From Dehalococcoidia bacterium (GTDB lineage: Bacteria; Chloroflexota; Dehalococcoidia; Lucifugimonadales; CATOSD01), in NCBI GenBank assembly GCA_965203135.1, contig CBDBBO010000002.1, forward strand, positions 641,529-705,528: a stretch of 64,000 nucleotides of DNA, written 5' to 3'. Under the pieces are notes generated by a model. The model saw only the letters and a program-made list of their open reading frames with translations. It had not been told where the DNA came from and did not search any database. Numbering within the stretch: position 1 is the stretch's first letter; every line of letters begins with the position of its first letter. The position numbers and the translations under genes are program-made. Of this stretch, positions 44,680-53,469 are shown piece after piece.

Positions 44680-45552
44680 ATGCCAAACGCTAATCTGCGG
44701 CGAGACCTGGAAGCGGGCAGGATGGTGGTCGCCCCGGGCGCCTACGACGTAATCACAGCCCGGCTGTTCCGTCACATGGGATTCAGGACGCTTTACATCC
44801 CCGGCTCCCAGACGGGCACGGTGCTGGGAACTACGGAGCCGCTGACGTCGCTAACACAGATGGCGCAGGTGGGCGAGACGGTGGCGAAGGGCGTGCGGTA
44901 CGAGCTGCCCGTCATTCTGGACGCCGGCGCCGGATTCGGCGACCCGGTGCACGTGATGCACGCGGTGGAGACGCTGGAGGACGCGGGAATCACCGCGATA
45001 CACATCGAGGACCAGTTCTACCCGAAGCGGGTGTCGTACCACCGCGGCCTGGAGCACATAGTGCCGATCGACGTTTACCAGCAGAGGTTGGAGTACGCGT
45101 TGAGGGCGCGCAAGAGCGAGGACTTCCTCATTATCGCGCGCAATGACGGCATACGCGGTGTCGAGGGAGGCTCTCAGGAGGAGGCGGTACGCCGAGCCCA
45201 CGCGGCCATGGAGCTGGGCGTGGACGTGATAATGCCGCTGGGAGTCCGGGACAGGGCACAGTACGAGTACCTGCGGCGCGAGATCAAGGACATACCGATG
45301 CTGGCGCTGGCGGGAATCGGGCCGCTGGGGGTCAAGGAGTTCGAGTCCATCGGCTACCAGATCGTCATCTACCCCGGCACGACGATAGGCAGCGCGCTGA
45401 ACGGCATCGTCCACGCCTACAAGGACGTGCTGGAGACGGGCCACGTCAACGTGAGCCAGGAGGAGAGCGACGAGGCGCGGGACCTGACCAACACGCTTCT
45501 GCGGTTCGACGACCTGTGGGAGGTGGAGGCGGCCACGACGGAGGGGCGCTGA
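44680..45552 (+). CDS. Isocitrate lyase/PEP mutase family protein, paralog 3 (lacks the lyase Cys)
   Basis: ILDAGAGFGD, AIHIEDQFYPKRVSYH (Val-Ser where paralogs 1 and 2 have Cys-Gly), IIARNDG. Confidence 0.7.
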   Translation: MPNANLRRDLEAGRMVVAPGAYDVITARLFRHMGFRTLYIPGSQTGTVLGTTEPLTSLTQMAQVGETVAKGVRYELPVILDAGAGFGDPVHVMHAVETLEDAGITAIHIEDQFYPKRVSYHRGLEHIVPIDVYQQRLEYALRARKSEDFLIIARNDGIRGVEGGSQEEAVRRAHAAMELGVDVIMPLGVRDRAQYEYLRREIKDIPMLALAGIGPLGVKEFESIGYQIVIYPGTTIGSALNGIVHAYKDVLETGHVNVSQEESDEARDLTNTLLRFDDLWEVEAATTEGR

Positions 45553-45597
45553 CTGAGGCGAAGGCGCATACCTTCGCAACATGTGAGGAGGCACGAT

Positions 45598-46953
45598 ATG
45601 GGACTTACCGATTCTATCGCGAAGTGGATTATCGCGACCGAGTACGAGGACCTGCCGGTTGACGCGGTGACCGCCGCCAAACGGGCGACGCTGGACACGC
45701 TTGGGGTGTCTCTGGCGGGAGCCACGCAGCCCATAGGCGAGATCGTGCTGGACTACACCAGGGCCGCGGGCGGCGCTCCGCAAGCGTCGGTCATCGCGGG
45801 CGGAACAAGGACCTCGCTGGCGGACGCGGCGTTCGCCAACGGTGTGCTGGCGCACGCGACCGACTTCGACGACACCTGGCTGCCGGTCGGACATCCGACT
45901 TGCACGGTGTTCCCGGTGGTGCTGGCGCTGGCGGAGGAGCTTGGCGCCTCGGGTCGCGACGTGGTGACGGCCTTCTGCATCGGGTTGGAGATTCACGGGA
46001 AGCTGGGGATAGGGCATCACACGCCCGGATTCCACAGCACCGGCGTGTATGGCGTGCTGGCCGCGGCAGCGGCGGCGTCCAAGATGCTGGGGCTGGACGA
46101 GTGGCAGATCCGCATGGCGCTGGCGATCGCCGCGTCGCACGCGAGCGGCATCGGCAAGAACGTGGGCACGATGACCAAGCCGTACCACTCCGGAAACGCG
46201 GCCGCGGGCGGTCTGCGGGCCGCACTGCTGGCGAAGGCGGGATTCACCGGCGACCCGGAGCCGATCGACGGCGAGCGCGGCTTCGCGGGCGTGTTCATGG
46301 ATGGGGAGTACGACGCGCAGGCGACAATCGACGCGCTGGGCAAGCCGTTCCACGTCGTAAGCCCGGGCATCGGTGTGAAGAAGTACCCTACGTGTTATCT
46401 GAATCACCGCGCGCTGGACGCGATACTCAAGCTGGTGATCGCGAACGACGTGAAGCCGGAGCAGGTGGAGGAGATAGTCGTGACAGTCCCGCACGAGGGC
46501 TGGCTGAACCGAATGGACCTGGACTTCGGGCTGCGCGCCAAGTTCAGCTTGCAGTACAACATGGCGGAGGCGGTGCTGTCGCGCCGGATCGTCATCGAGA
46601 GCTTCGACGACGAGTATGTCAACCGGCCGGAGGCGCGTGAGATGATGGAGCGGGTCACGCTGCAAGAGGACCTGTCCATTCCCAGCGAGTACAAGGATGC
46701 GTCCAACCCGGTGACGCTGCGCCTGAAGGACGGCCGGACGCTGTACGAGCAGGTAGACGTGCCGCACGGCGACTGGGACGACCTGCTGAGCCTGGAGGAG
46801 CTACTCGGCAAGTACCGGGAGAACGCTCTGAGGGTGCAGTCCGCAGAGGACTGTGAGCGGACCACCGAGTTGATGCTGGCGCTGGAGACGCTGGACAGCG
46901 TCGACGAGCTTGCCGCGCTGTACGTGCGGCCGGCGCTGGTGGGGGTACGTTAG
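45598..46953 (+). CDS. MmgE/PrpD family protein (2-methylcitrate dehydratase-like)
   Basis: Start at ATG 45598 (GAGGAGG RBS). ATLDTLGVSLAG, FANGVLAHATDFDDT, HPTCTVFPVVLAL, GFHSTGVYG, MTKPYHSGNAA. Confidence 0.8.
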   Translation: MGLTDSIAKWIIATEYEDLPVDAVTAAKRATLDTLGVSLAGATQPIGEIVLDYTRAAGGAPQASVIAGGTRTSLADAAFANGVLAHATDFDDTWLPVGHPTCTVFPVVLALAEELGASGRDVVTAFCIGLEIHGKLGIGHHTPGFHSTGVYGVLAAAAAASKMLGLDEWQIRMALAIAASHASGIGKNVGTMTKPYHSGNAAAGGLRAALLAKAGFTGDPEPIDGERGFAGVFMDGEYDAQATIDALGKPFHVVSPGIGVKKYPTCYLNHRALDAILKLVIANDVKPEQVEEIVVTVPHEGWLNRMDLDFGLRAKFSLQYNMAEAVLSRRIVIESFDDEYVNRPEAREMMERVTLQEDLSIPSEYKDASNPVTLRLKDGRTLYEQVDVPHGDWDDLLSLEELLGKYRENALRVQSAEDCERTTELMLALETLDSVDELAALYVRPALVGVR

Positions 46954-47013
46954 GCGGCGCGTTCGGTTCCCACGAACGGGGCTAGTAGAGCGCTGCCTTT
47001 TCACCCCCATCAA

Positions 47014-47211
47014 ACGCGTGATGCATATTAAAGTGGCCGATATGCCTGTTTAGGGCGGTTTTCGGGCCAAAAGCCGCCAACTTGGCGGGTGCTAGGGCTG
47101 TGCTGAGTCGAAGGTGGTGCCTAAACCTCAAAAAAGGGCCATCAAACTCGGTTATCCACATCAGCCTGCTTCTTGTGTGGTAGTTCCACAAATCTAATTT
47201 GCATCACACGT
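47014..47211 (-). mobile_element. 198-bp MITE, copy 2 (inverted relative to copy 1)
   Basis: Same TIRs. TSD reads ATCAA on the plus strand at 47009..47013 and 47212..47216 (TTGAT on the element strand). Flanked by CCCTTCCCCC / GGGGGTGAAAAGG hairpin arms. Confidence 0.85.
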
Positions 47212-47232
47212 ATCAAGGGGGAAGGGATTCGT

Positions 47233-48603
47233 CTACGGCTGCTCGTCGAGGCCGAGCACCTGGCGGTAGTCGGTGTCGTGGGACGCTATGGCTTCCATGC
47301 GGAGCTGGCCCTCGATGTCCATGGGCTGGGGGTTCATGGACTCTACGCCGGTGGGGACGGTGCCGACTATGCCCGCGTCGATCATTCCGGCAATCGAGGT
47401 TTCGTCCATACCGAGCAGCTCGCTTAGTGCGTAGTCGTTGTGCTGGCCTAGCTGCGATACCCCGCGCACGCGGCCTTGCGACCGGGAGAACCTGTAGGGC
47501 CGTCCGCCGTAGACGCGCTTGCCGACTCCCTCGACCTCCGGTGGGTCTTCGTTCTGCTCAAAGAACCCGCGGCTCCTGAAGTGAGGGTTGGTCATCACCT
47601 CTCTCGCGTTGAGTACGGCCCCTGACGGGACTCCGCGCTCCTGGAGGGCGTGCATCAACTGGACATGGTCCAGGTCGCATGTCCAGGACTCTATCAGCGC
47701 GTCCAGTTCGTCCCTGTGTTGCCAGCGCGCGTTTCCAGACGAGAATCGAGGGTCATCGGCAAGCTCCGGGCGGCCCATGGCGTCGCAGAGGGCGCGCCAC
47801 TCGCGCTCGTCGCGGGCTGCGAGCGTCACCCACTTGTCGTAGCCGGCGCAGGGGTAGCAGCCGTGGGGGGCTATCCACGGATGCTGGTTGCCCATGCGTT
47901 CGGGGCTAGCGCCCTCCAGTTGGCGTTCAAGAAGCGCGACGCCCACGCTGGACACGCCCGTCTCGTACATGGACATGTCGATTTCGGCGCCCTCGCCGGT
48001 CCTGTTGCGATGGTGAAGCGCCATCATCACGGCGAGCATGTTGTTCCATGAGGTGGTTATGTCCACGTAGGACGTGTTGGCGCGGACGGGCGGGCCGTCG
48101 GGAAAGCCGGTCATGTGGGACAGGCTACTCATCGCCTCGACCGTGCGGGCGAACGCGCCGTAGTCGCGCCAATCGCCGGTCTGGCCGTAGCCCGTAGAGC
48201 GGAGCATTATGAGGTCCGGCTTCACTTTTCGGAGTTCGTCGTAGGTGAGGCCGAATCGCTCCATGATGCCCGCCCTGTTGTTCTCGGCCACGACGTCGCT
48301 GATTGCGACCAGCTCCTTGAACGCTTCGGCTCCATCCGGCGTTCTCAGATCCAGCGTAACGCTCTTCTTGCTGCGGTACCAGTTGTGGTACGTGGCGCCC
48401 TGGTTCCAGAAGCGCTCTCCGACCTTGTTGTCGGGATAGGGGCCGATGTTGCGCACCACCATGCGGCCGAGCGATTCGACGCGGATGACCTCGGCGCCCA
48501 TCTCGGCCAAGTTGACCGTGGCCCAGGGAAGCTGGAGCCACTCCTCGACGGTGAGGATTCGGACTCCTCTCAGGGGCATGCGCTTGGTGTCTGCCGTCAT
48601 CAT
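47233..48603 (-). CDS. CaiB/BaiF family (class III) CoA-transferase
   Basis: PLRGVRILTVEEW..ATVNLAEMGAEVIRVES, and a central GDW..YG region typical of the family. 456 aa. Confidence 0.75.
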   Translation of the reverse strand: MMTADTKRMPLRGVRILTVEEWLQLPWATVNLAEMGAEVIRVESLGRMVVRNIGPYPDNKVGERFWNQGATYHNWYRSKKSVTLDLRTPDGAEAFKELVAISDVVAENNRAGIMERFGLTYDELRKVKPDLIMLRSTGYGQTGDWRDYGAFARTVEAMSSLSHMTGFPDGPPVRANTSYVDITTSWNNMLAVMMALHHRNRTGEGAEIDMSMYETGVSSVGVALLERQLEGASPERMGNQHPWIAPHGCYPCAGYDKWVTLAARDEREWRALCDAMGRPELADDPRFSSGNARWQHRDELDALIESWTCDLDHVQLMHALQERGVPSGAVLNAREVMTNPHFRSRGFFEQNEDPPEVEGVGKRVYGGRPYRFSRSQGRVRGVSQLGQHNDYALSELLGMDETSIAGMIDAGIVGTVPTGVESMNPQPMDIEGQLRMEAIASHDTDYRQVLGLDEQP

Positions 48604-48627
48604 TGCCTTTCGAAAGTAGTGGGGGCG

Positions 48628-49824
48628 CTAGATCACGCCCGAGGCCCGCAACCGGGAGAGCGACTCCGGCGCTCGCCCCAGCCAGTCGCAGAGGACTTCG
48701 GTGTTGTGCTGACCGAGCCGCGGGGGCGGAGCGACGTGGATGCACTGCTCGCCGTCGACGCGGAAGCCGGAGCCGGTATACCTGAGCTCTCCAAGGTCGG
48801 GGTGCTGCATGCGCTGATAGTATTCCCTGTCCTCCAGGTGGGGGCAATCCAGGACCTCCTGGGGAGTCTGGGCTACGCCGAAGACGAAGCCGCTTTTCAT
48901 GGCGGCGTTGAAGACGTCGTGCTTGTCGCGGTCGCTGAGCCGGGAGACCATCAGCTCGTTGAGCTCCTCGGCGTGGTTCGAACGGCTGAGGCGGTCGGCG
49001 AACTTGTCGTCCAGCAGCTCAGGCGCGTCGAAGAACACGGCCAACTCCTCCCAGGTGTTGCCGCCGCTGCTGGCCATGGTGATGTAGCCGTCGCGGCAGG
49101 GCAGGAAGTCGCCGTCCACGGGCACGTTCACGCGCCTGGTGCGCTTGGATACGATGCCGAGAAAGCTGTAGTGAGTGAACTGGAACGGCGGCTCGGTGGC
49201 GACGGACTCGGCGATGGAGAGGTCGACGTGCTGGCCTTGGCCGCTCATCTCGCGCTCCAGGACGGACAGCATTACGGCGTTGGCGGCGTTGCGTCCGCCC
49301 ATTATCTGCGCCTGTTCGAGCGGGGCGCGTGCGGGCGGCTTGTCGGAGTTGCCGCTGAGGTAGAGGAAGCCGGTGAGGGCCTGGAGGGTGATGTCGTCCC
49401 AGGCGAAGTCGCTGTAGGGGCCGGTCTGGCCGAATGGGGTAATCGAGACGACGGTGAGGCCTGGATTGCTCTGCGACAGGCGGTCGTAGCCCAGTCCCAA
49501 CGCGGCCAACTCGCCGGGGGGCAGATCTTCGATCAGCACGTCGGAGCGACGCACCATTTCGGCAAGCAGCTCCGCGCCGTCGGGGGTCCGAACGTCCAGC
49601 GTTACGCTCTTCTTGCTGGTGTTGAAGAAGGCGTAGGTCAGGCTGCGCTCAGGGTCGGGGGCGCCGCCGGCAAACGGCCCGTGGCGTCGGCTGTAGTCGC
49701 CAGAGGGCGGCTCGACCTTGATCACCTCCGCGCCCTGGTCGGCCAGCAGCTTGGAGGCCAGCGGGCCTGCCACGCCCTGTGATATGTCGATAATGCGTAG
49801 GTCGCTGACGAAGCCTTTGTGCAT
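48628..49824 (-). CDS. CaiB/BaiF family (class III) CoA-transferase
   Basis: LRIIDISQGVAGPLASKLLADQGAEVIKVEPPSGD. Start taken at ATG 49824. Confidence 0.75.
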   Translation of the reverse strand: MHKGFVSDLRIIDISQGVAGPLASKLLADQGAEVIKVEPPSGDYSRRHGPFAGGAPDPERSLTYAFFNTSKKSVTLDVRTPDGAELLAEMVRRSDVLIEDLPPGELAALGLGYDRLSQSNPGLTVVSITPFGQTGPYSDFAWDDITLQALTGFLYLSGNSDKPPARAPLEQAQIMGGRNAANAVMLSVLEREMSGQGQHVDLSIAESVATEPPFQFTHYSFLGIVSKRTRRVNVPVDGDFLPCRDGYITMASSGGNTWEELAVFFDAPELLDDKFADRLSRSNHAEELNELMVSRLSDRDKHDVFNAAMKSGFVFGVAQTPQEVLDCPHLEDREYYQRMQHPDLGELRYTGSGFRVDGEQCIHVAPPPRLGQHNTEVLCDWLGRAPESLSRLRASGVI

Positions 49825-49914
49825 TTTTGCCTTTTGGCCGAGCCGCACCGGAGCGGTCCGCAAACCACCCCGGCGTCCACTGGTACGCACTGGCGGTTCG
49901 CGGCGCGCCCGATT

Positions 49915-52900
49915 CTAGCTGGTGCGCGGCACTATGGTCGGCACCTCCAGCTCGTGGACCAGGTTGTCGAACTCCGACACGTCCTTCTCGATGATGTCGT
50001 CGACCTGCTGGATGTAGGGGTCGATCCGGGACGCGAAGTCCACGTAGACCTCCTGGGTCTGAGTGGGCGGCGCGTAGTCCGCGCTGGACACGACGTCAAC
50101 GAGGCCGGCGAGCTTGGCGTTGAGCTTGACCGGCTGGTTGAGCCGGTCGCGCGCGCCGCGGTAGTCGGTCTGGATCAGGTCTTCTTCGATGGCGGTGAGC
50201 TTGTCGTTGAGTGCGGTCGCGCTGGCGGAGATCGCCTCCTCCGCGGGGTGGCCCTCCGCGCGCTTCGCCCACTCCTCGACCTGGCCTCGCACGCTGCGAA
50301 TCTTGATGACGCTCTCGTGAGTCTCGGAGAGCTTGTCGCGAATCTTGAGCAGCAGCTCGAACTGCGCGTCGAAGTCCTCCTGGGTGGCGGTAACGCGCGG
50401 GTCCTTGACGAGCGCGAACGACTGGGTCTCGGTGTGGCCGCCGACAGAGAGCGTGACCTGGTAGCTGCCTGGGGGCGCTATCGGCCCGGACAAGTCCTCG
50501 CTGACGGTCTTGTCGCCGGGCACCTTGGTCGCGGCGGGGTAACGCATGTCCCACAGGAAGCGGTTGGCGCCGGCGTTCGCGGGCGCTCTCTTGGGCTTGT
50601 CGGCGTCGTCGCCCTCCGCCTCATTGCTGGAGAAGGTCTGAATCTCGTTGCCGTCGGCGTCGGAGAACGTGAGCGTCAGCTCGTCCTCGGGCGCCTCGGC
50701 GAGGTAGTAGGTGACGATGGGACCGTAGGGCGGGTTCTCGCCCGCGTCGAGGAAACTGCGCTCGGTCTGGCCGTACTCGTCCTTGGTCTCGTAGTAGCAC
50801 ACGGCGCCGCCGAGCGCGAGCTGGTAGCTCTTGCCGGTGGTGCCTTCGCGGAAGCGGAAGGGGCGCGCCGGCCTGTAGGTATCGCGCGGCTTGAGCAGCC
50901 TGGCGGCGCTGCCGGTGACGGAGTCGTCGATCTGGCGTAGCTGCGTCAGGTCGTCCATGATCCAGAAGGAGCGCCCGTTGGTGGCCGCGACCAAGTCGTC
51001 TTCCTTGATGATGAGGTCGTGGACGGGCACTATGGGCAGGTTGGAAGCGAGGGACTGCCAGGAGCCGCCGTCGTCGAGCGAGACGTAGGCGGTGGTTTCG
51101 GTGCCGACGTAGAGCATACCGGCGCGAACGGGGTCCTCGCGTATGCAGCGGGTGTAGTCCCAGTCCGGGATGTCGGACGAGATGTTCGTCCAGGTCTTGC
51201 CGTAGTCGTCGGTCTTGTAGAGTATGGGCTGGTTCTCGTCCAGCTTGTAGCGCGTGGCCGCGACGTAGGCGGTAGCCGGGTCGTGGTGGGACGCCTCGAT
51301 CATGCCGACGAGGGTGTACTCGCCAAGGTCGGAAGGGGTGATGTCTTCCCAGTTGGCGCCGCCGTCCCGGGTTATGTGGATGAGGCCGTCGTCGGAGCCG
51401 GCCCACAGCACGTTGGGGTCGTGGTGGGACTCCGCAAAGGCGAAGATGGTGGCGTAGGTCTCGGCGCCCGAAGTGTCCTTGGTGATGGGGCCGCCGGAGA
51501 CCTCGAGGGTTTCGGGCACGGCGCGCGTCAGGTCGGGGCTAACCGCCTCCCAGTTGCTGCCGACGTCTCTCGTCTTGAAGATGACGTTTCCGGTCACGTA
51601 GAGCAGGTCAGGGTCGTGGTGCGAGAAGACGATGGGGTAGGTCCACTGGAACCGGTACTTCATCTCCTTCGCGCCGAGGCCCGTGTTGAGCTCGGGCCAG
51701 ACGGTGATGATGCGCACCTGCCCGGTCTCGTGGTTGTAGTGCAGCATGTTGCCGCCGCCGCCGGGGGAGCTGCCGATGGAGCCGGAGACCACGATGTTGT
51801 GGTCGTTGGGGTGGACGGCGATGTAGCCGCTCTCGGAGCTTCCGGTGGGGTAGCAGTCCGTCCAGGGGATCGCCCCCTTGTGGGTCATGCTGGGCACACA
51901 GATCGCGGAGTTGTCCTGCTGGGTGCCGTAGACGTGGTAGGGGAAGCGGTTGTCGGCTATGACGTGGTAGAACTGCGACGTGAGCTGGTTGTAGATGGTG
52001 GACCAGGAGTCGCCGCCGTTGAAGGTGACGTTAGCGCCGCCGTCGTTGCCCTCGATCATGCGTCGGGGGTTTCGCGGGTCTATCCACAGGTCGTGGTTGT
52101 CGCCGTGTGGGGTTCCGACGGTGTTGAAGGTCCTGCCGCCGTCGATGGACTTCCAGCAGGAGTAGTTGAGCACCCAGACGGTGTCGGCGTCCTGAGGATC
52201 GGCGAACACGTGCTGGTAGTACCAGGGGCGGCCCTGAATGTCGCGGTTGTCGGTCGCGAGCTCCCAGGTGTCGCCGTGGTCGTCGGAGCGGAACAGGCCG
52301 CAGTTTTCGTTTTCGATGGTGGTATACACGCGGCCGCTCTTGGCGGCAGAGGCGGATATACCGACGCGGCCAACGAGGCCGTCCGGCAGGCCCTTGTTTC
52401 GCGTAATCTCGGTCCAGGTATCGCCGCCGTCGGTGGAGCGGTAGATGCCGCCGTCAGGGCCGCCGCTGGTCAGGCTCCAGGGGTTGCGGCGCACCTGGTA
52501 GATGGATGCGTAAAGGATGCGAGGGTTGTTCGGGTCCAGCGAGAGGTCGACGGCGCCCGCGTTCTCGCTCTTGTAGAGAACCTTCTCCCAGTTCTTACCG
52601 CCGTCAGTGGAGCGGAAAACTCCGCGTTCCTCGTTGGGGCCGTAAGCGTGGCCCAGCGCCGCGACGTAGACGACGTCGGGATTGGTGGGATGGATGCGGA
52701 CGCGGCCGATGTGCCGGGTGTCCGAGAGACCCAGATGCGTCCAGGTCTTGCCGGCGTCGGTGGAACGGTACACGCCGTCACCGTAGGTCACGTTGCCGCG
52801 CAGGCCGGCCTCACCCATGCCCACGTAGATCACGTTGGGGTCGGAGTCAGACACGGCGATCGCGCCGACTGAGGCGGTGTTGACCTGGCCGTCGGTGATG

Positions 52901-53088
52901 TTGTGCCAGTAGGTGCCCGCGTCGTCGGTCTTCCACACGCCGCCCGCGCAGGCGCCGAAATAGAAGACGGCCGGGTCTACCGGGTCGCCCGCCACTGCCT
53001 GCACTCGACCGCCTCGGGGCGGGCCGATGCATCGCCATCGGACCGCGTTCAGAATGCCAGAGTCGTTGCCGTTGGAGCCTTGCGTCAT
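49915..53088 (-). CDS. BNR/Asp-box repeat, sortilin-VPS10 / GH74-like double beta-propeller protein (paralog 3), no signal peptide
   Basis: ATG 53088 with GAGGTGG RBS. Asp-box series (YRSTDAGKTWTHL, FRSTDGGKNWEKV, YRSTDGGDTWTEI ...). Collinear with paralogs 1 and 2 over the full length. Confidence 0.8.
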   Translation of the reverse strand: MTQGSNGNDSGILNAVRWRCIGPPRGGRVQAVAGDPVDPAVFYFGACAGGVWKTDDAGTYWHNITDGQVNTASVGAIAVSDSDPNVIYVGMGEAGLRGNVTYGDGVYRSTDAGKTWTHLGLSDTRHIGRVRIHPTNPDVVYVAALGHAYGPNEERGVFRSTDGGKNWEKVLYKSENAGAVDLSLDPNNPRILYASIYQVRRNPWSLTSGGPDGGIYRSTDGGDTWTEITRNKGLPDGLVGRVGISASAAKSGRVYTTIENENCGLFRSDDHGDTWELATDNRDIQGRPWYYQHVFADPQDADTVWVLNYSCWKSIDGGRTFNTVGTPHGDNHDLWIDPRNPRRMIEGNDGGANVTFNGGDSWSTIYNQLTSQFYHVIADNRFPYHVYGTQQDNSAICVPSMTHKGAIPWTDCYPTGSSESGYIAVHPNDHNIVVSGSIGSSPGGGGNMLHYNHETGQVRIITVWPELNTGLGAKEMKYRFQWTYPIVFSHHDPDLLYVTGNVIFKTRDVGSNWEAVSPDLTRAVPETLEVSGGPITKDTSGAETYATIFAFAESHHDPNVLWAGSDDGLIHITRDGGANWEDITPSDLGEYTLVGMIEASHHDPATAYVAATRYKLDENQPILYKTDDYGKTWTNISSDIPDWDYTRCIREDPVRAGMLYVGTETTAYVSLDDGGSWQSLASNLPIVPVHDLIIKEDDLVAATNGRSFWIMDDLTQLRQIDDSVTGSAARLLKPRDTYRPARPFRFREGTTGKSYQLALGGAVCYYETKDEYGQTERSFLDAGENPPYGPIVTYYLAEAPEDELTLTFSDADGNEIQTFSSNEAEGDDADKPKRAPANAGANRFLWDMRYPAATKVPGDKTVSEDLSGPIAPPGSYQVTLSVGGHTETQSFALVKDPRVTATQEDFDAQFELLLKIRDKLSETHESVIKIRSVRGQVEEWAKRAEGHPAEEAISASATALNDKLTAIEEDLIQTDYRGARDRLNQPVKLNAKLAGLVDVVSSADYAPPTQTQEVYVDFASRIDPYIQQVDDIIEKDVSEFDNLVHELEVPTIVPRTS

Positions 53089-53182
53089 CTGTCCACCTCT
53101 CGATTGTGTGCATGGTCAAAGGCCCGGTCAGTGTCGGAGCACTGGGCCCCGGAAAGTTCAGGCCACCATTCGGGCCGCCCGT

Positions 53183-53212
53183 ATTCTCGCACAAGACGCG
53201 GCTTGCGTTCAA
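53183..53212 (-). promoter_or_regulatory. Proximal promoter candidate of BNR paralog 3
   Basis: Minus strand reads TTGAAC (53212..53207), 18 nt ending in TGC, GAGAAT (53188..53183). Confidence 0.3.
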
Positions 53213-53326
53213 CAGCAGGCGGCGGGGGGCGGCGGTGCCTTGTCATTCCCCCGTCACCTGCCGGGAGATCGGGTTGGGATGTGGAAATCCGAGCGATGAT
53301 TGGGCCTTTGGGCATGGCTTTACGAA

Positions 53327-53393
53327 AATTCGTTGCATTCTGCTGCATTTTCATGCATCCCGTAGCTGGGTGGTTCGATTCTAATGTCATTCG
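53327..53393 (-). promoter_or_regulatory. Phased (C/G)AGAAT-like repeat array plus CCCAGCTACG box in the BNR3 leader
   Basis: The minus strand reads CCCAGCTACG (53368..53359), then GAAAAT-gcag-CAGAAT-gcaa-CGAATT with a 10-nt period (plus-strand ATTC/ATTT at 53328, 53337, 53347). Further GAAT units lie at 53378 and 53389. Confidence 0.45.
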
Positions 53394-53469
53394 CGCGGTA
53401 CCCAGGAGTCAGGATCTGTCACTGGCATTGCGCCGAATGTGGCAAAACGCGACCCGTTCGGCAGGGGGT

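Noticed and set aside
23084-47211. The 23.7-kb segment between the inverted MITEs, considered as a composite transposon or genomic island.
   Set aside because: Each MITE has its own matched TSD in its own hairpin. The content is core housekeeping (recG, rpmB, fur), and there is no common outer duplication.
53359-53383. GTAGCTGGGTGGTTCGATTC resembles a tRNA T-arm (GGTTCGAxTC), considered as a possible tRNA or att-site fragment.
   Set aside because: No complementary T-stem, acceptor or anticodon arm can be drawn. The sequence is better explained as the reverse complement of the CCCAGCTACG box plus GAAT repeats in the BNR3 leader.
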